Of a stretch of DNA of 64,000 nucleotides, positions 21,405 through 30,666 are shown in pieces (position 1 is the stretch's first letter; each line of letters opens with the position of its first letter). The stretch covers positions 1,503-65,502 of the forward strand of contig JAUYJL010000009.1 of NCBI GenBank assembly GCA_030688025.1. The letters are read 5' to 3'. This stretch comes from Candidatus Peregrinibacteria bacterium (GTDB lineage Bacteria; Patescibacteriota; Gracilibacteria; UBA1369; LOWO2-01-FULL-3). The notes under the pieces are model-generated. The model saw only the letters and a list, made by a program, of their open reading frames with translations. It made no database searches and had not been told where the DNA came from. The position numbers were made by a program, and so were the translations under genes.

Positions 21405-21668
21405 AATTAAAAAATCTTTAGGTTGGCATAGGTGCCCAATACTGAGGATGCATAAACATGAATATTACAAAAACCACAAAGCAAACCATTCCGCAAACAA
21501 AACCGATTCGTATACTTTTTGGCAGTTTTTTTATCATAAATTAACAATTATATTTGATTGCAATATATGCATACTACGAAATATGCCACTATAACCATAG
21601 ATATCAAAAATAAAAAACTTGAGACAGCAAATCCTGAAAAACAACCAATACAAAAACATATAACATCC

Positions 21669-23009
21669 TTAAGTTTCATGGGTATTTATAATATCTTTAA
21701 TATTAATTTCTATTTCAAAATTCTTTAAAATCGCAATCGCTTCTAAAACATCAGCCATATGTACACCAACCCATACAGGACTTACTTCATAAGATTTAGC
21801 ATCAAAATCGTAAACATCGAACAATTTGAATTTTACATCGTATAGATTTTGCTCTTTTTGAACAGCCTCATACTCAACTTTCTTTATCCCATGCAAGGAA
21901 AATTGCAGGTCGCTACTTTCAAAATTAACATTCAATCCCTTACTTTCATCTCCAAAATAAACTTGGCCGGTTAAGATATTTTGTTTGATTTGATCTTTAA
22001 CAATAGTAAGGATTTTCGCATATGCTTCATCTGCTTTTATCGCAGAAGCTAGAGAGCTATCGTTACCAAAAACTAATTTCTCCATATTATCCGACAATGA
22101 ATGTTTCAAAAAATAACTGGAATATTTATATCCTGCAAGTGAAAAACCATTTACTAATCTCTCCAGCATGAATTTATAAAAATCTAATTTTCTTTTTTCC
22201 AATATATTGCTATTTAGCCAAGAAGTGAGCCCATCAAACAAACTCAAGTTAACCGAAACATTTGGTTCTTCATCATACCAAATATCAACAGAATCCTCTA
22301 AGAATTCAAAATTTTCGGAATCGATATTCAGTGATTCACTTTGTCCGTTATTCAAATCTCCAGAAAAATAAAAGTTTTGATATTTCTTGGAAGTGGGGGA
22401 TTTTTTATTGTGCAATATTTTCCCATTAACAATTACTTTCAGGTTATCACCATCCGTGCCACCTTTTTGCTTTGCACTTTTGCAAACAGAGGAGATTGAA
22501 AATTTTTCAGGCTTCACTCCTAAAAAGACAAAACTTATCCAAGGCACACCTTTCCTATCAATCTTAATATTCTTAGGCGGACGTAAGTCCTTTAATTGAA
22601 AAACTTCTCCTTCTTCCATTCGAAAAACTTGAATTTCTTGCAGCGAAGGAGTGCAATCAGCATAAAATTTTATATGATGTTCTCCACTTTGTAATTCGCA
22701 GAAAAAATAAATCGTTTTTGTCCCCCCCATTAAAGTGGCACCATCCCAAGAGGAAGCCGTGCCAAAGCCTTTCCATGAAGTTTGTTCTTCATGTATCTCG
22801 TACTTCCCAAATTCATAACCATCTAAAACCAATCGCAAATCATCGTCATCAGTAGATCGATTTTGTTTGGCATTCTTGGCCGAAGCGACGATCTGTATAA
22901 CATATTTACCATTATCAGTCACATCGAAAGAAGTATCTACTCCAGACCAGTGATAGATATTGCCATCCGGAGCTACTGGGAAGTTTATTTTAGAGAAAAC
23001 TTCTTTCAT
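21669..23009 (-). CDS. Hypothetical protein with an internally duplicated beta-sandwich-like N-terminal half
   Basis: 446-aa ORF. The two related segments are ...SAKNAKQNRSTDDDDLRLVLDGYEFG... and ...VCKSAKQKGGTDGDNLKVIVNGKILH.... No family recognised. It lies on the same strand as lexA and downstream of it. Confidence 0.6.
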   Translation of the reverse strand: MKEVFSKINFPVAPDGNIYHWSGVDTSFDVTDNGKYVIQIVASAKNAKQNRSTDDDDLRLVLDGYEFGKYEIHEEQTSWKGFGTASSWDGATLMGGTKTIYFFCELQSGEHHIKFYADCTPSLQEIQVFRMEEGEVFQLKDLRPPKNIKIDRKGVPWISFVFLGVKPEKFSISSVCKSAKQKGGTDGDNLKVIVNGKILHNKKSPTSKKYQNFYFSGDLNNGQSESLNIDSENFEFLEDSVDIWYDEEPNVSVNLSLFDGLTSWLNSNILEKRKLDFYKFMLERLVNGFSLAGYKYSSYFLKHSLSDNMEKLVFGNDSSLASAIKADEAYAKILTIVKDQIKQNILTGQVYFGDESKGLNVNFESSDLQFSLHGIKKVEYEAVQKEQNLYDVKFKLFDVYDFDAKSYEVSPVWVGVHMADVLEAIAILKNFEIEINIKDIINTHET

Positions 23010-23073
23010 TCTGATTAATTTTACAAATAAAGTTTCGCATATAGAGGCTATAAAATCAAAAGAAAATAATCAC

Positions 23074-23274
23074 CTACACCAACACTCCCTGTCCACCGAG
23101 TGCATAGTTTCCTCTAACTCGTTTCAAGGAAAACATTTTGTCAAAGAAACCACGTTTTTTGGCATGCAAACCATTCCTCCAGCTACCTCCGGTACCGGGA
23201 ACAAAGATTTTTTTCTGCATTGTAACAGCAGGTTTTTTCACTTTGTGAGTGTCGATTGTTAGTGTGATAAACAT
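23074..23274 (-). CDS. Small basic hypothetical protein (66 aa; start uncertain)
   Basis: ORF only. It lies between lexA and the 446-aa gene on the same strand. No recognisable motif or clear ribosome-binding site. Confidence 0.3.
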   Translation of the reverse strand: MFITLTIDTHKVKKPAVTMQKKIFVPGTGGSWRNGLHAKKRGFFDKMFSLKRVRGNYALGGQGVLV

Positions 23275-23362
23275 AGGTTTTGGGGTTAGAGAAATAACGT
23301 CTCGTTTAAATAACGAGAAATACGTTTTAATTTTTTTATAATTTTCTTAAGTTATCTGCTTT

Positions 23363-23977
23363 CTAATATTGCCTAATCATTCCGGTAACAACTCCTTGAA
23401 TAGTCAGAGACTCTTTTGGATAAATATCTTTATAATCCTTGTTTTCAGCTTTTAGATAATATTTTCCATTAGTCCTGACAAGTCTCTTCAAAGTATTCCC
23501 TTCGTCAATCAATGCAACAACGATATCTTCCGCCTTTGGCTCTTTTTTTGTATTAACCAAGACCAAATCTCCCTCAAAAATGCCTGCGTCTATCATGCTG
23601 ATACCTGTAACTTTCAAGAAAAAATAATCAGTATTGTTTTTTGCTAGCTCTTCTCCAACTTTCATCCATCCCTCAACATATTCGTCAGTAACTACAGGTC
23701 CACCAGCAGGAACAAATCCCAAAATCGGCAAACTGAAAGCCCCTTCATCAAGTTTTTCTTTCACGCTATTTAGAAGTCCGATTCCACGAGGCGTATCATC
23801 CTTTTGGATATACCCTTTTTCTTTAAGAGCAGTCAAATGCTTAAGGATACTATTGTCAGAGCTGACCCCGAAATGTTCTCTCATTTCTTTTAAAGTAGGG
23901 GATTTACCGTAAGCCAATTGATATTCTTCGATAAATTTTAGTACGGCCTCCTGTTTTTCTGTTAATACTTGATCCAT
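23363..23977 (-). CDS. lexA: LexA repressor (S24 peptidase)
   Basis: Winged HTH LTEKQEAVLKFIEEYQLAYGKSPTLKEMREHFG. Ala-Gly cleavage site in FVPAGGP. The catalytic Ser is in VTGISMIDAG and the catalytic Lys in GNTLKRLV. The start is set at MDQVL (23977) because the upstream ATG at 24010 would lie inside the promoter/operator. Confidence 0.92.
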   Translation of the reverse strand: MDQVLTEKQEAVLKFIEEYQLAYGKSPTLKEMREHFGVSSDNSILKHLTALKEKGYIQKDDTPRGIGLLNSVKEKLDEGAFSLPILGFVPAGGPVVTDEYVEGWMKVGEELAKNNTDYFFLKVTGISMIDAGIFEGDLVLVNTKKEPKAEDIVVALIDEGNTLKRLVRTNGKYYLKAENKDYKDIYPKESLTIQGVVTGMIRQY

Positions 23978-23993
23978 ATAGGTTTTTTTATAA

Positions 23994-24039
23994 GGTGAGT
24001 ATACGCTCACAGTATAGGTGAGTGCTTACTCACCGTCAA
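23994..24039 (-). promoter_or_regulatory. lexA promoter with two palindromic operators (candidate LexA boxes)
   Basis: The minus strand reads TTGACG-GTGAGTAAGCACTCACC-TATACT-GTGAGCGTATACTCACC. The -35 and -10 hexamers are separated by exactly 17 nt, and that spacer is the palindrome GGTGAGT-N4-ACTCACC (24017-24034). A second palindrome, GGTGAG-N6-CTCAC (23994-24011), abuts the -10. Confidence 0.7.
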
Positions 24040-24072
24040 TGGTATTTTTACAAATAAGTTGAAAAAATCGGA

Positions 24073-24600
24073 TTATATGTCGAAGATGTTTAAGACGCCA
24101 TATCCAAAAATGCGAGAAATTGGCTTTAAGACAACGAAATCACGATGAGCATTATATATCCTAATAGTCTCATTATATTTCTTCAAATCATTCTTTGCCT
24201 CATCAAAAACGTTAACAATTTCACTTTTTACTTCAAGAAAAACAGTGTCTTTCAAAGCCTCGGGATTTGTTTTTGCAATGTTAAAAATTTTCCCTAAAGT
24301 CCCGGAAATATCGTGTTCATAAACCATCTTGTTCGCACTTGGCACATATTCTTTTGACGCAATGGATCTTTCTGCAATCAATCCCTCTATAAGCACGTCC
24401 TGTCCGCTTACATGAGCCATAAAAGATTCTATGAAAAGAGGAATCAAATCATGTCTTTTTCTTATTTTTGCATCTACTGTGTCCCATTGGTTTTCGGCAG
24501 ACAGTCTCAAATATTTTAAGTGTCTCAATCCCACGATAACCCACAACGCCAACATAAAAATCACCGCGCCAACTATGATGAGAATATTTACAAGATCCAT
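24073..24600 (-). CDS. lemA: LemA family protein
   Basis: N-terminal TM helix followed by RHLKYLRLSAENQWDTVDAKIRKRHDLIPLFIE, which is typical of LemA. Confidence 0.8.
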   Translation of the reverse strand: MDLVNILIIVGAVIFMLALWVIVGLRHLKYLRLSAENQWDTVDAKIRKRHDLIPLFIESFMAHVSGQDVLIEGLIAERSIASKEYVPSANKMVYEHDISGTLGKIFNIAKTNPEALKDTVFLEVKSEIVNVFDEAKNDLKKYNETIRIYNAHRDFVVLKPISRIFGYGVLNIFDI

Positions 24601-25652
24601 TATTTTTTAAATTTATTGATGATATCAACTATACCGCTCGTCCCATTTTCGACTTTCGCACTTTTGTTTATATTGTTATTAAAAGCATACTCGATGGTTT
24701 TCAAAAATTCATCTGCGGAAATATTTCCGGAAAGCATCGACCATCCGAATTTTCTCACAAAAACCTGTGCATTTGCAATCTGTTCGCCACGACTCGCATG
24801 CATAGCAAGTGGAATAATCAAAACCTTCTTTTGCATTAGTGCGAGCTCAAAAAGGCTATTCGCACCGCCGCGAGAAACCACCATTTCACTCATCGCAAAA
24901 ATGTCTTTCAAGGGTTCATCCAAAAATTCATATTGTCTGTATCCGTCCTTATGTACGCCCATATCAAGATTTCCTTTTCCCGCAATATGCACGATTTGAT
25001 ATCTCTTCAAAAGTTCGTTCAAAGATTCACGAACAAAATCATTTATTTGTTTCGCGCCAAGACTTCCGCCCATTATCAAAATCACGGGACGATGCTTGTC
25101 TAAGCCAGTAAATCTATGTCCGCACTCACTGTCTCCAGTAAGAATACTCTCTCTCACAGGATTTCCAGTCACAACAACTTTTTTCAGCAAAGATTTTGAA
25201 ATAAAACTTTTCGTCTCCTCAAAACTCAAACAAATTTGTTTCGAAAATTTGAAAGAAATTTTATTTGCCAAACCCGGACTTACGTCTGATTCATGCGAAA
25301 CAACAGGGATTCTTAAAAGACTCGCCGCGATTACAACCGGCACGGCAACATATCCTCCCTTACTGAAAACTATATCAGGAGAAAATCCTTTCAAGGCTTT
25401 GTACGCTTGAAAAATTCCGGTCGGAACTTTCAAAGCGTCTACGAAATTTTTCCAAGAAAAATATCTTCTAAGTTTTCCACAATGAACGCCTACAAAAGGC
25501 ACGCCCATTTTTTCCATTATGATTTTTTCAGGTCCACTTTTGGATCCTACATAAAGAACCTCAGCTCCTCCGCGCTTCCTAAGCTCTTCGATAACGGCCA
25601 CGTTGGGGATAACGTGTCCTGCGGTTCCCCCACCTGTTAATATTATTCTCAT
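24600..25652 (-). CDS. murG: Undecaprenyldiphospho-muramoylpentapeptide beta-N-acetylglucosaminyltransferase MurG
   Basis: MRIILTGGGTAGHVIPNVAV N-terminus and the C-terminal VSRGGANSLFELA motif. It is adjacent to ftsW. Confidence 0.93.
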   Translation of the reverse strand: MRIILTGGGTAGHVIPNVAVIEELRKRGGAEVLYVGSKSGPEKIIMEKMGVPFVGVHCGKLRRYFSWKNFVDALKVPTGIFQAYKALKGFSPDIVFSKGGYVAVPVVIAASLLRIPVVSHESDVSPGLANKISFKFSKQICLSFEETKSFISKSLLKKVVVTGNPVRESILTGDSECGHRFTGLDKHRPVILIMGGSLGAKQINDFVRESLNELLKRYQIVHIAGKGNLDMGVHKDGYRQYEFLDEPLKDIFAMSEMVVSRGGANSLFELALMQKKVLIIPLAMHASRGEQIANAQVFVRKFGWSMLSGNISADEFLKTIEYAFNNNINKSAKVENGTSGIVDIINKFKK

Positions 25653-26787
25653 GGTAACTTGTGTTTTGTGAAAGATTTAAAAGAATTCCAACCGCGACTA
25701 AACATGATATAAGAGACGACCCTCCATAACTCACAAACGGCAAAGTGATTCCAGTCACCGGCATAAGCCCTGTATTCACCGCAATATTAACAAAAGCCTG
25801 CACGGTAATCCATATAGTAAGCCCTATCGCCAGCAAAGCTTCAAAACTTCCCTGCGACTTACTCGCAATTTCATATCCACGCAGAGCAATCACAAAATAC
25901 GCAAGAATCACAAAAACAATCCTGAAAAATCCAAGCTCCTCCGCACTTGCCGCAAAAATAAAATCATCGGAAGCCTGTGGCAACCAATAAGATTTTTGCA
26001 CTCCCTGAGTCAGCCCTTTTCCAAACGCTCCACCGCTCCCTACAGCGATATTTGCCTGTTGTGATTGCCAACAATAATCTTCTATACATTCTTCATTTAC
26101 ACTTGTGAATCCCTGAAATCTCTCACGTACATGCGGCACCGCAAGCACAATAACCAGTGTCCCGATAAAAGCGACAAGAAAAAGAATTCCGAGATGTTGT
26201 AATTTCGCTCCAGCCATAAAATACATAGCCACGGCAATAATAGAAACGGTCAACGTTCCACCGAAATCATTCTGCAAAATTATCGGTAAAACAATAATGC
26301 TACAAATTATGCAAAAAGGAATAAGTCCATTCTTAAAATCCTCTATATAAGCCTGTTTTTTGCTAAACCAATACGCGAGATAAAGTATGATCGCCAGTTT
26401 CGCGAACTCCGAAGGCTGAAGAGATGTATTGAAAACCACGAGCCAATTTTGCGCGATTGTTCCGAAAGTGCTTCCAAAAATAAGAACAAACAGCAAAAGC
26501 ATAACGATAAGTCCAAAAAACGGAGTGGCAATTTTCCTCCAAAATTTTATAGGCAATTTATAAGAAATATAAAATGCAAAAAGTCCTATGCCAAGGCGTA
26601 TTAAATGCTTTTTGAAAAGCAAATAACAATCTACATTCGCGTCACTGCAGTTTGGATAAAGTATTCCGGGCGCGGAAAGAGCAATCGATTTTGGAACTCC
26701 GATACTCGTAATCATGATAAGCCCTAGTATAAGCAGAAAAACTACGCTTAAAAAAAGAGGAGTATCAAATTTAAAAACATTTTTCAT
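25579..26787 (-). CDS. ftsW: SEDS-family peptidoglycan glycosyltransferase FtsW/RodA
   Basis: About 10 TM helices with the conserved QPSEFAKL and LPFVSYGGSSL motifs. The 3' end overlaps murG by 74 nt. Confidence 0.9.
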   Translation of the reverse strand: MKNVFKFDTPLFLSVVFLLILGLIMITSIGVPKSIALSAPGILYPNCSDANVDCYLLFKKHLIRLGIGLFAFYISYKLPIKFWRKIATPFFGLIVMLLLFVLIFGSTFGTIAQNWLVVFNTSLQPSEFAKLAIILYLAYWFSKKQAYIEDFKNGLIPFCIICSIIVLPIILQNDFGGTLTVSIIAVAMYFMAGAKLQHLGILFLVAFIGTLVIVLAVPHVRERFQGFTSVNEECIEDYCWQSQQANIAVGSGGAFGKGLTQGVQKSYWLPQASDDFIFAASAEELGFFRIVFVILAYFVIALRGYEIASKSQGSFEALLAIGLTIWITVQAFVNIAVNTGLMPVTGITLPFVSYGGSSLISCLVAVGILLNLSQNTSYHENNINRWGNRRTRYPQRGRYRRA

Positions 26788-26845
26788 CGAAAAAAATTAT
26801 GTCCGAGGCGAATATTACTGGTTTTAAACCAAAAGAGCAATTATA

Positions 26846-27268
26846 ATGAATTGCGTGAAAAAGATATTTTGGAAAATTTTCTCTCTCTCAGTTTTAGTCG
26901 CTTTCATAGATCAGGCGACTAAATTTTTTATTGAAAAAAACTTCCCAGAAATAACCAGCCACAACACAGGAATAGCCTTTGGAATAGACATCGGAAACGT
27001 ATGGGCAATAATAATATCAAACGTCATATTGATAGGGATTGTGATATACGCGGCAAAAAAAGAACTTCGAATAAAAAGCATGTTAACTCAAATTTTTCTC
27101 GCAATGATTCTAGGAGGAGGCATCGGAAATCTGATAGACAGAATTTTCAGAGGATCCGTCTTGGATTTCATTTCTATATGGCTCTATCCGTCATTTAATA
27201 TCGCAGATATCTGTATATCTGTCGGAATCCTCGGAATGATAATTTTCTTCAAAAAAGTGAAGAAATAA
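26846..27268 (+). CDS. lspA: Lipoprotein signal peptidase II
   Basis: 140-aa, 4-TM protein with the NTGIAFGI, GNLIDRI and FNIADICISVG motifs. Confidence 0.9.
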   Translation: MNCVKKIFWKIFSLSVLVAFIDQATKFFIEKNFPEITSHNTGIAFGIDIGNVWAIIISNVILIGIVIYAAKKELRIKSMLTQIFLAMILGGGIGNLIDRIFRGSVLDFISIWLYPSFNIADICISVGILGMIIFFKKVKK

Positions 27269-28108
27269 TCACTCCAAATTCTGTTCAAGCGTTTTTCGCA
27301 TCACCTCCACGGGAGCTTTTTTCTCCGTGAAAATTTCAAATTGTTTTACAGCCTGATACAAAAACATTTTATCTCCGGTGATGTATTTTTTGCCTAGTTC
27401 TTGAGCTTTTTTGACAAGAGGGGTAATCAAAGGGTTGTACGCAATTTCCATAAAACATTCGAAATTTTTCAAGTATTCATCGCTAAAATATTTTCCGATT
27501 TCTGAAAAATCAGCTTCTTTGTTTAGTGTCCAAATCGATGAAGTATTTATGAAAACATTCCCACCTTTTTTTACGTCCTCAAGCCCAAGTCCGACAATCT
27601 CAACTCCAAACATTTCTGAAAATTCTTTTGCCAATTTTTCAGCATTTTCTTTTGTACGATTTACGATACAGGAAACTTTTCCACCATTTTTTAATATTCC
27701 ATAAATAACAGCGCGAGCCGCTCCACCAGCGCCAAAAACCACAGCGTTCACATCTTTCAAATCACTGAAAACTTCTTTCAAAGCCTCTGCCGCACCTACG
27801 AAATCAGTGTTATATCCATACAAAAATCCACCTTTATTTACGACAGTATTCACCGCACCGATTTTTTTCGCATCCTCATCAAGAACATCAATATATCTCA
27901 AAATAGCCTCCTTATAAGGCAAAGAAACGGAAAGCCCACTGATAGGTTCATGTCGAACATTTTCAATAAATACAGAAAGTTCCGTGTCGGGAATTTCAAA
28001 AACGCCATATTGCGCATCAATGCCAATCGCTTTAAAAGCGGCATTATGCACAACAGGGGACAACGAATGTCCGGCAGGATACGCCAAAATTCCATAAGTA
28101 TTTATCAT
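27269..28108 (-). CDS. aroE: Shikimate dehydrogenase
   Basis: YGILAYPAGHSLSPVVHNAAF, VSLPYKE, NTD, and the GAGGAARAV NADP-binding loop. The start is set at MINTYG; the longer ORF runs to 28159. Confidence 0.88.
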   Translation of the reverse strand: MINTYGILAYPAGHSLSPVVHNAAFKAIGIDAQYGVFEIPDTELSVFIENVRHEPISGLSVSLPYKEAILRYIDVLDEDAKKIGAVNTVVNKGGFLYGYNTDFVGAAEALKEVFSDLKDVNAVVFGAGGAARAVIYGILKNGGKVSCIVNRTKENAEKLAKEFSEMFGVEIVGLGLEDVKKGGNVFINTSSIWTLNKEADFSEIGKYFSDEYLKNFECFMEIAYNPLITPLVKKAQELGKKYITGDKMFLYQAVKQFEIFTEKKAPVEVMRKTLEQNLE

Positions 28109-28173
28109 ATAAGAAAACATTATCATAAAAAATAAAAAACTGTTAATATCGAAAAGCAATAATCAAATATAAT

Positions 28174-28758
28174 ATGTTTAAAATCGGAGTTTTGGCCTCA
28201 ACAAAAGGAACGGATCTACAAGCCATTATTGACGAGATGAAGGCCGGTAAAATGGAGGGAGTGGAGCTTGCAGTAGTTATAAGCAATAAACAAGATTCAT
28301 ACGCACTTGAAAGAGCAAAATCACAAGGCTACAAAGCAATTTTCGTAGATCCGAAAGATCTGACACGCGAAGAATTCGACGGAAAAATCGCAAACCTACT
28401 TGAAGAAAACAAAGTCGATTTGGTCGTACTTATCGGATATATGAGAATACTCTCCACAGAATTCGTAAAAAAATTCCCACACAAAATCATAAACGTTCAT
28501 CCTGCGCTTATTCCAAAATTCTCGGGCAAAAATTTCTTCGGTTCAAATGTGCACGAAGCGGTACTTGCGGCGGAAGAGAAAGAAACAGGCATGACTATTC
28601 ATTATGTTGACGAAGAAGTTGATGCCGGAGAAATAATCTTACAAAAAAAATGCGAAGTTTTACCTACGGATACACCTGAAACATTAAAAGAAAAGGTGCA
28701 AGCCTTGGAGAAAAAGTGGTATCCTGAAATAATTCGTCAACTTGCAAAAGAAAAATAA
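28174..28758 (+). CDS. purN: Phosphoribosylglycinamide formyltransferase
   Basis: IGVLASTKGTDLQAIID, INVHPALIPKFSG, and HYVDEEVDAGEIILQ with the catalytic Asp region. Confidence 0.9.
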   Translation: MFKIGVLASTKGTDLQAIIDEMKAGKMEGVELAVVISNKQDSYALERAKSQGYKAIFVDPKDLTREEFDGKIANLLEENKVDLVVLIGYMRILSTEFVKKFPHKIINVHPALIPKFSGKNFFGSNVHEAVLAAEEKETGMTIHYVDEEVDAGEIILQKKCEVLPTDTPETLKEKVQALEKKWYPEIIRQLAKEK

Positions 28759-28813
28759 TTTTGATTTTTTAGAATTTTCATATATCTTAGCCGTACGGGC
28801 ATAATTTAAGAAC

Positions 28814-29683
28814 ATGAAATATCCAATTCCTTTCGATGAAAGGGAGTTAAAATTAAAAACGATTCAGATGCGAAAGGATATCCTTTTGGCTACACACTCA
28901 GCTGGAAGCGGACATCCGGGTGGGTCACTTTCTTCTACGGAAATCTTGACGGTCCTTTATAACTGCATTTTGCGACACGAGCCATCAGAGCCGGAAAACG
29001 AAGACCGAGACAGATTTATTCTTTCAAAAGCGCACATAACTCCGGGATATTATTCAATCCTTGCGAGAACGGGATACATTGATCCTGCGGAAATTCCAAC
29101 ATTCAGAAAATTTGGAAGTTTTCTTCAAGGACATCCAAAAAAAGATCTCAAGCATGGGATAGAAATAGGAGGAGGGTCGTTGGGGCAAAATTTCTCAGTA
29201 GCATGCGGAGTTGCCCTCGGGATTAAACAAAAAAATAAAACAGCGATGGTCTATGATCTTTCAAGTGAAGGAGAATTACAAGAAGGATCAATGTGGGAAG
29301 CGATAATGGCGGCTCCACATTTCAAATTGAATAATTTGTGCATGATAGTTGACTACAACAATCTTCAAATAGACGGATGTGCCTCAGATATAATGGAAGT
29401 TGCACCACTAGATAAAAAATTCGAAGCATTCAATTGGAATGTAATAGTTGTAAAAAACGGACACGATCTAAAAGAGGTTTACGACGCATTCAAAAAAGTT
29501 GAAGAATTATCTAAAACAACAGAAAAACCAACCGTAATAATCGCAACAACAATAAAAGGATACGGAGTTTCTTACATGGCAAATGTTTGCGGATGGCACG
29601 GGAAAGCACCAAACAAAGAAGAATATGACAAAGGAATACAAGAACTTGATGATCAAATTAATCAGCTAAATAACCAACAATGA
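28814..29683 (+). CDS. Transketolase, N-terminal (TPP-binding) subunit
   Basis: GSGHPGGSLS, the GSLGQ motif and EGELQEGSMWEA. Length is 289 aa, followed by the C-terminal subunit with a 4-nt overlap. Confidence 0.92.
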   Translation: MKYPIPFDERELKLKTIQMRKDILLATHSAGSGHPGGSLSSTEILTVLYNCILRHEPSEPENEDRDRFILSKAHITPGYYSILARTGYIDPAEIPTFRKFGSFLQGHPKKDLKHGIEIGGGSLGQNFSVACGVALGIKQKNKTAMVYDLSSEGELQEGSMWEAIMAAPHFKLNNLCMIVDYNNLQIDGCASDIMEVAPLDKKFEAFNWNVIVVKNGHDLKEVYDAFKKVEELSKTTEKPTVIIATTIKGYGVSYMANVCGWHGKAPNKEEYDKGIQELDDQINQLNNQQ

Positions 29684-30627
29684 GAAATTGGGAAATGAAA
29701 TTAGTGAGACAAGGCTGGGCTGATGCTCTAGTTGAATTAGGAGAAAAAAATCCTAATGTTGCGGTATTTGACGCGGATCTTTCAAAATCTACACTTACAA
29801 ATTTATTCAAAGATAAATTCCCGACAAGATCTTTCAATGTTGGAATCGCAGAACAAAACATGGTGAATATGGCTGGAGGATTTTCTCTGATGGGATTTGT
29901 TCCGTTTTGCGCTACATACGGAGTTTTTATGTCAGGTCGCGCATGGGAGCAGATAAGAAATACAGTGTGTATGAATAAGTTGAATGTGAAGTTTGGAGGA
30001 GCTCACGGAGGGCTTTCCGTAGGGCCTGATGGCGCGAGTCACCAAGCTCTTGAGGAAATAGCCGTAATGAGATGTTTGCCAAATATGACAGTGATTGTGC
30101 CTGCGGATTATAATGAAGCGAAAAAAGCGACATTAGCGGCGGCGGAAATAGTAGGTCCAGTTTATCTCAGATTTGGTCGTGAAAAATTGCCGGTTATTTC
30201 TGCTGAAAACACGGAATTCATTGTTGGAAAAGCAAAAATAATGCAAGAAGGAACAGATGTAACAATCGTGGCTTGTGGGGCGATGGTTGCGGAAGCTTTG
30301 GAGGCCGCCGATACATTAAAAGAACAAGGAATCTCAGCGGAAGTAATAAATTTACATACAATCAAACCGATAGATAAAGACGCATTAATAGCCAGCGCAA
30401 AGAAAACGGGAGCGGTGGTCACGGCTGAAGAACATCAAATAATGGGGGGACTGGGAAGCGCGGTCTCAGAAGTTCTATCTGCGAATTTTTCCGTACCGAT
30501 GGGATTTGTTGGAGTTGATAATACTTTTGGAGAATCCGGAACGCCTGAAGAGCTAATGAAAAAATACGGATGCAAATCGGCAAACATAGTCGAAAGAGTT
30601 CTCGAAGTTTTAAAACGAAAAAAATAA
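29680..30627 (+). CDS. Transketolase, C-terminal (pyrimidine-binding) subunit
   Basis: FNVGIAEQNMVNMAGG, GPDGASHQALEDIA-like (GPDGASHQALEEIA) and HTIKPIDKD. Confidence 0.92.
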   Translation: MRNWEMKLVRQGWADALVELGEKNPNVAVFDADLSKSTLTNLFKDKFPTRSFNVGIAEQNMVNMAGGFSLMGFVPFCATYGVFMSGRAWEQIRNTVCMNKLNVKFGGAHGGLSVGPDGASHQALEEIAVMRCLPNMTVIVPADYNEAKKATLAAAEIVGPVYLRFGREKLPVISAENTEFIVGKAKIMQEGTDVTIVACGAMVAEALEAADTLKEQGISAEVINLHTIKPIDKDALIASAKKTGAVVTAEEHQIMGGLGSAVSEVLSANFSVPMGFVGVDNTFGESGTPEELMKKYGCKSANIVERVLEVLKRKK

Positions 30628-30666
30628 ATTATTAAATTTTAAAAATTTTTTAACCTCAAAATCACA

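Noticed and set aside
21394-21594. 66-aa plus-strand ORF, and a 39-codon minus-strand ORF (21418-21537) encoding a single hydrophobic helix
   Set aside because: There is no homology or translation signals. This is an AT-rich spacer where short ORFs arise by chance.
25579-25652. The 74-nt ftsW/murG overlap considered as a frameshift or pseudogene signal
   Set aside because: Both proteins are full length with intact N- and C-terminal motifs. The FtsW tail is merely a short basic extension, and there is no evidence of disruption.
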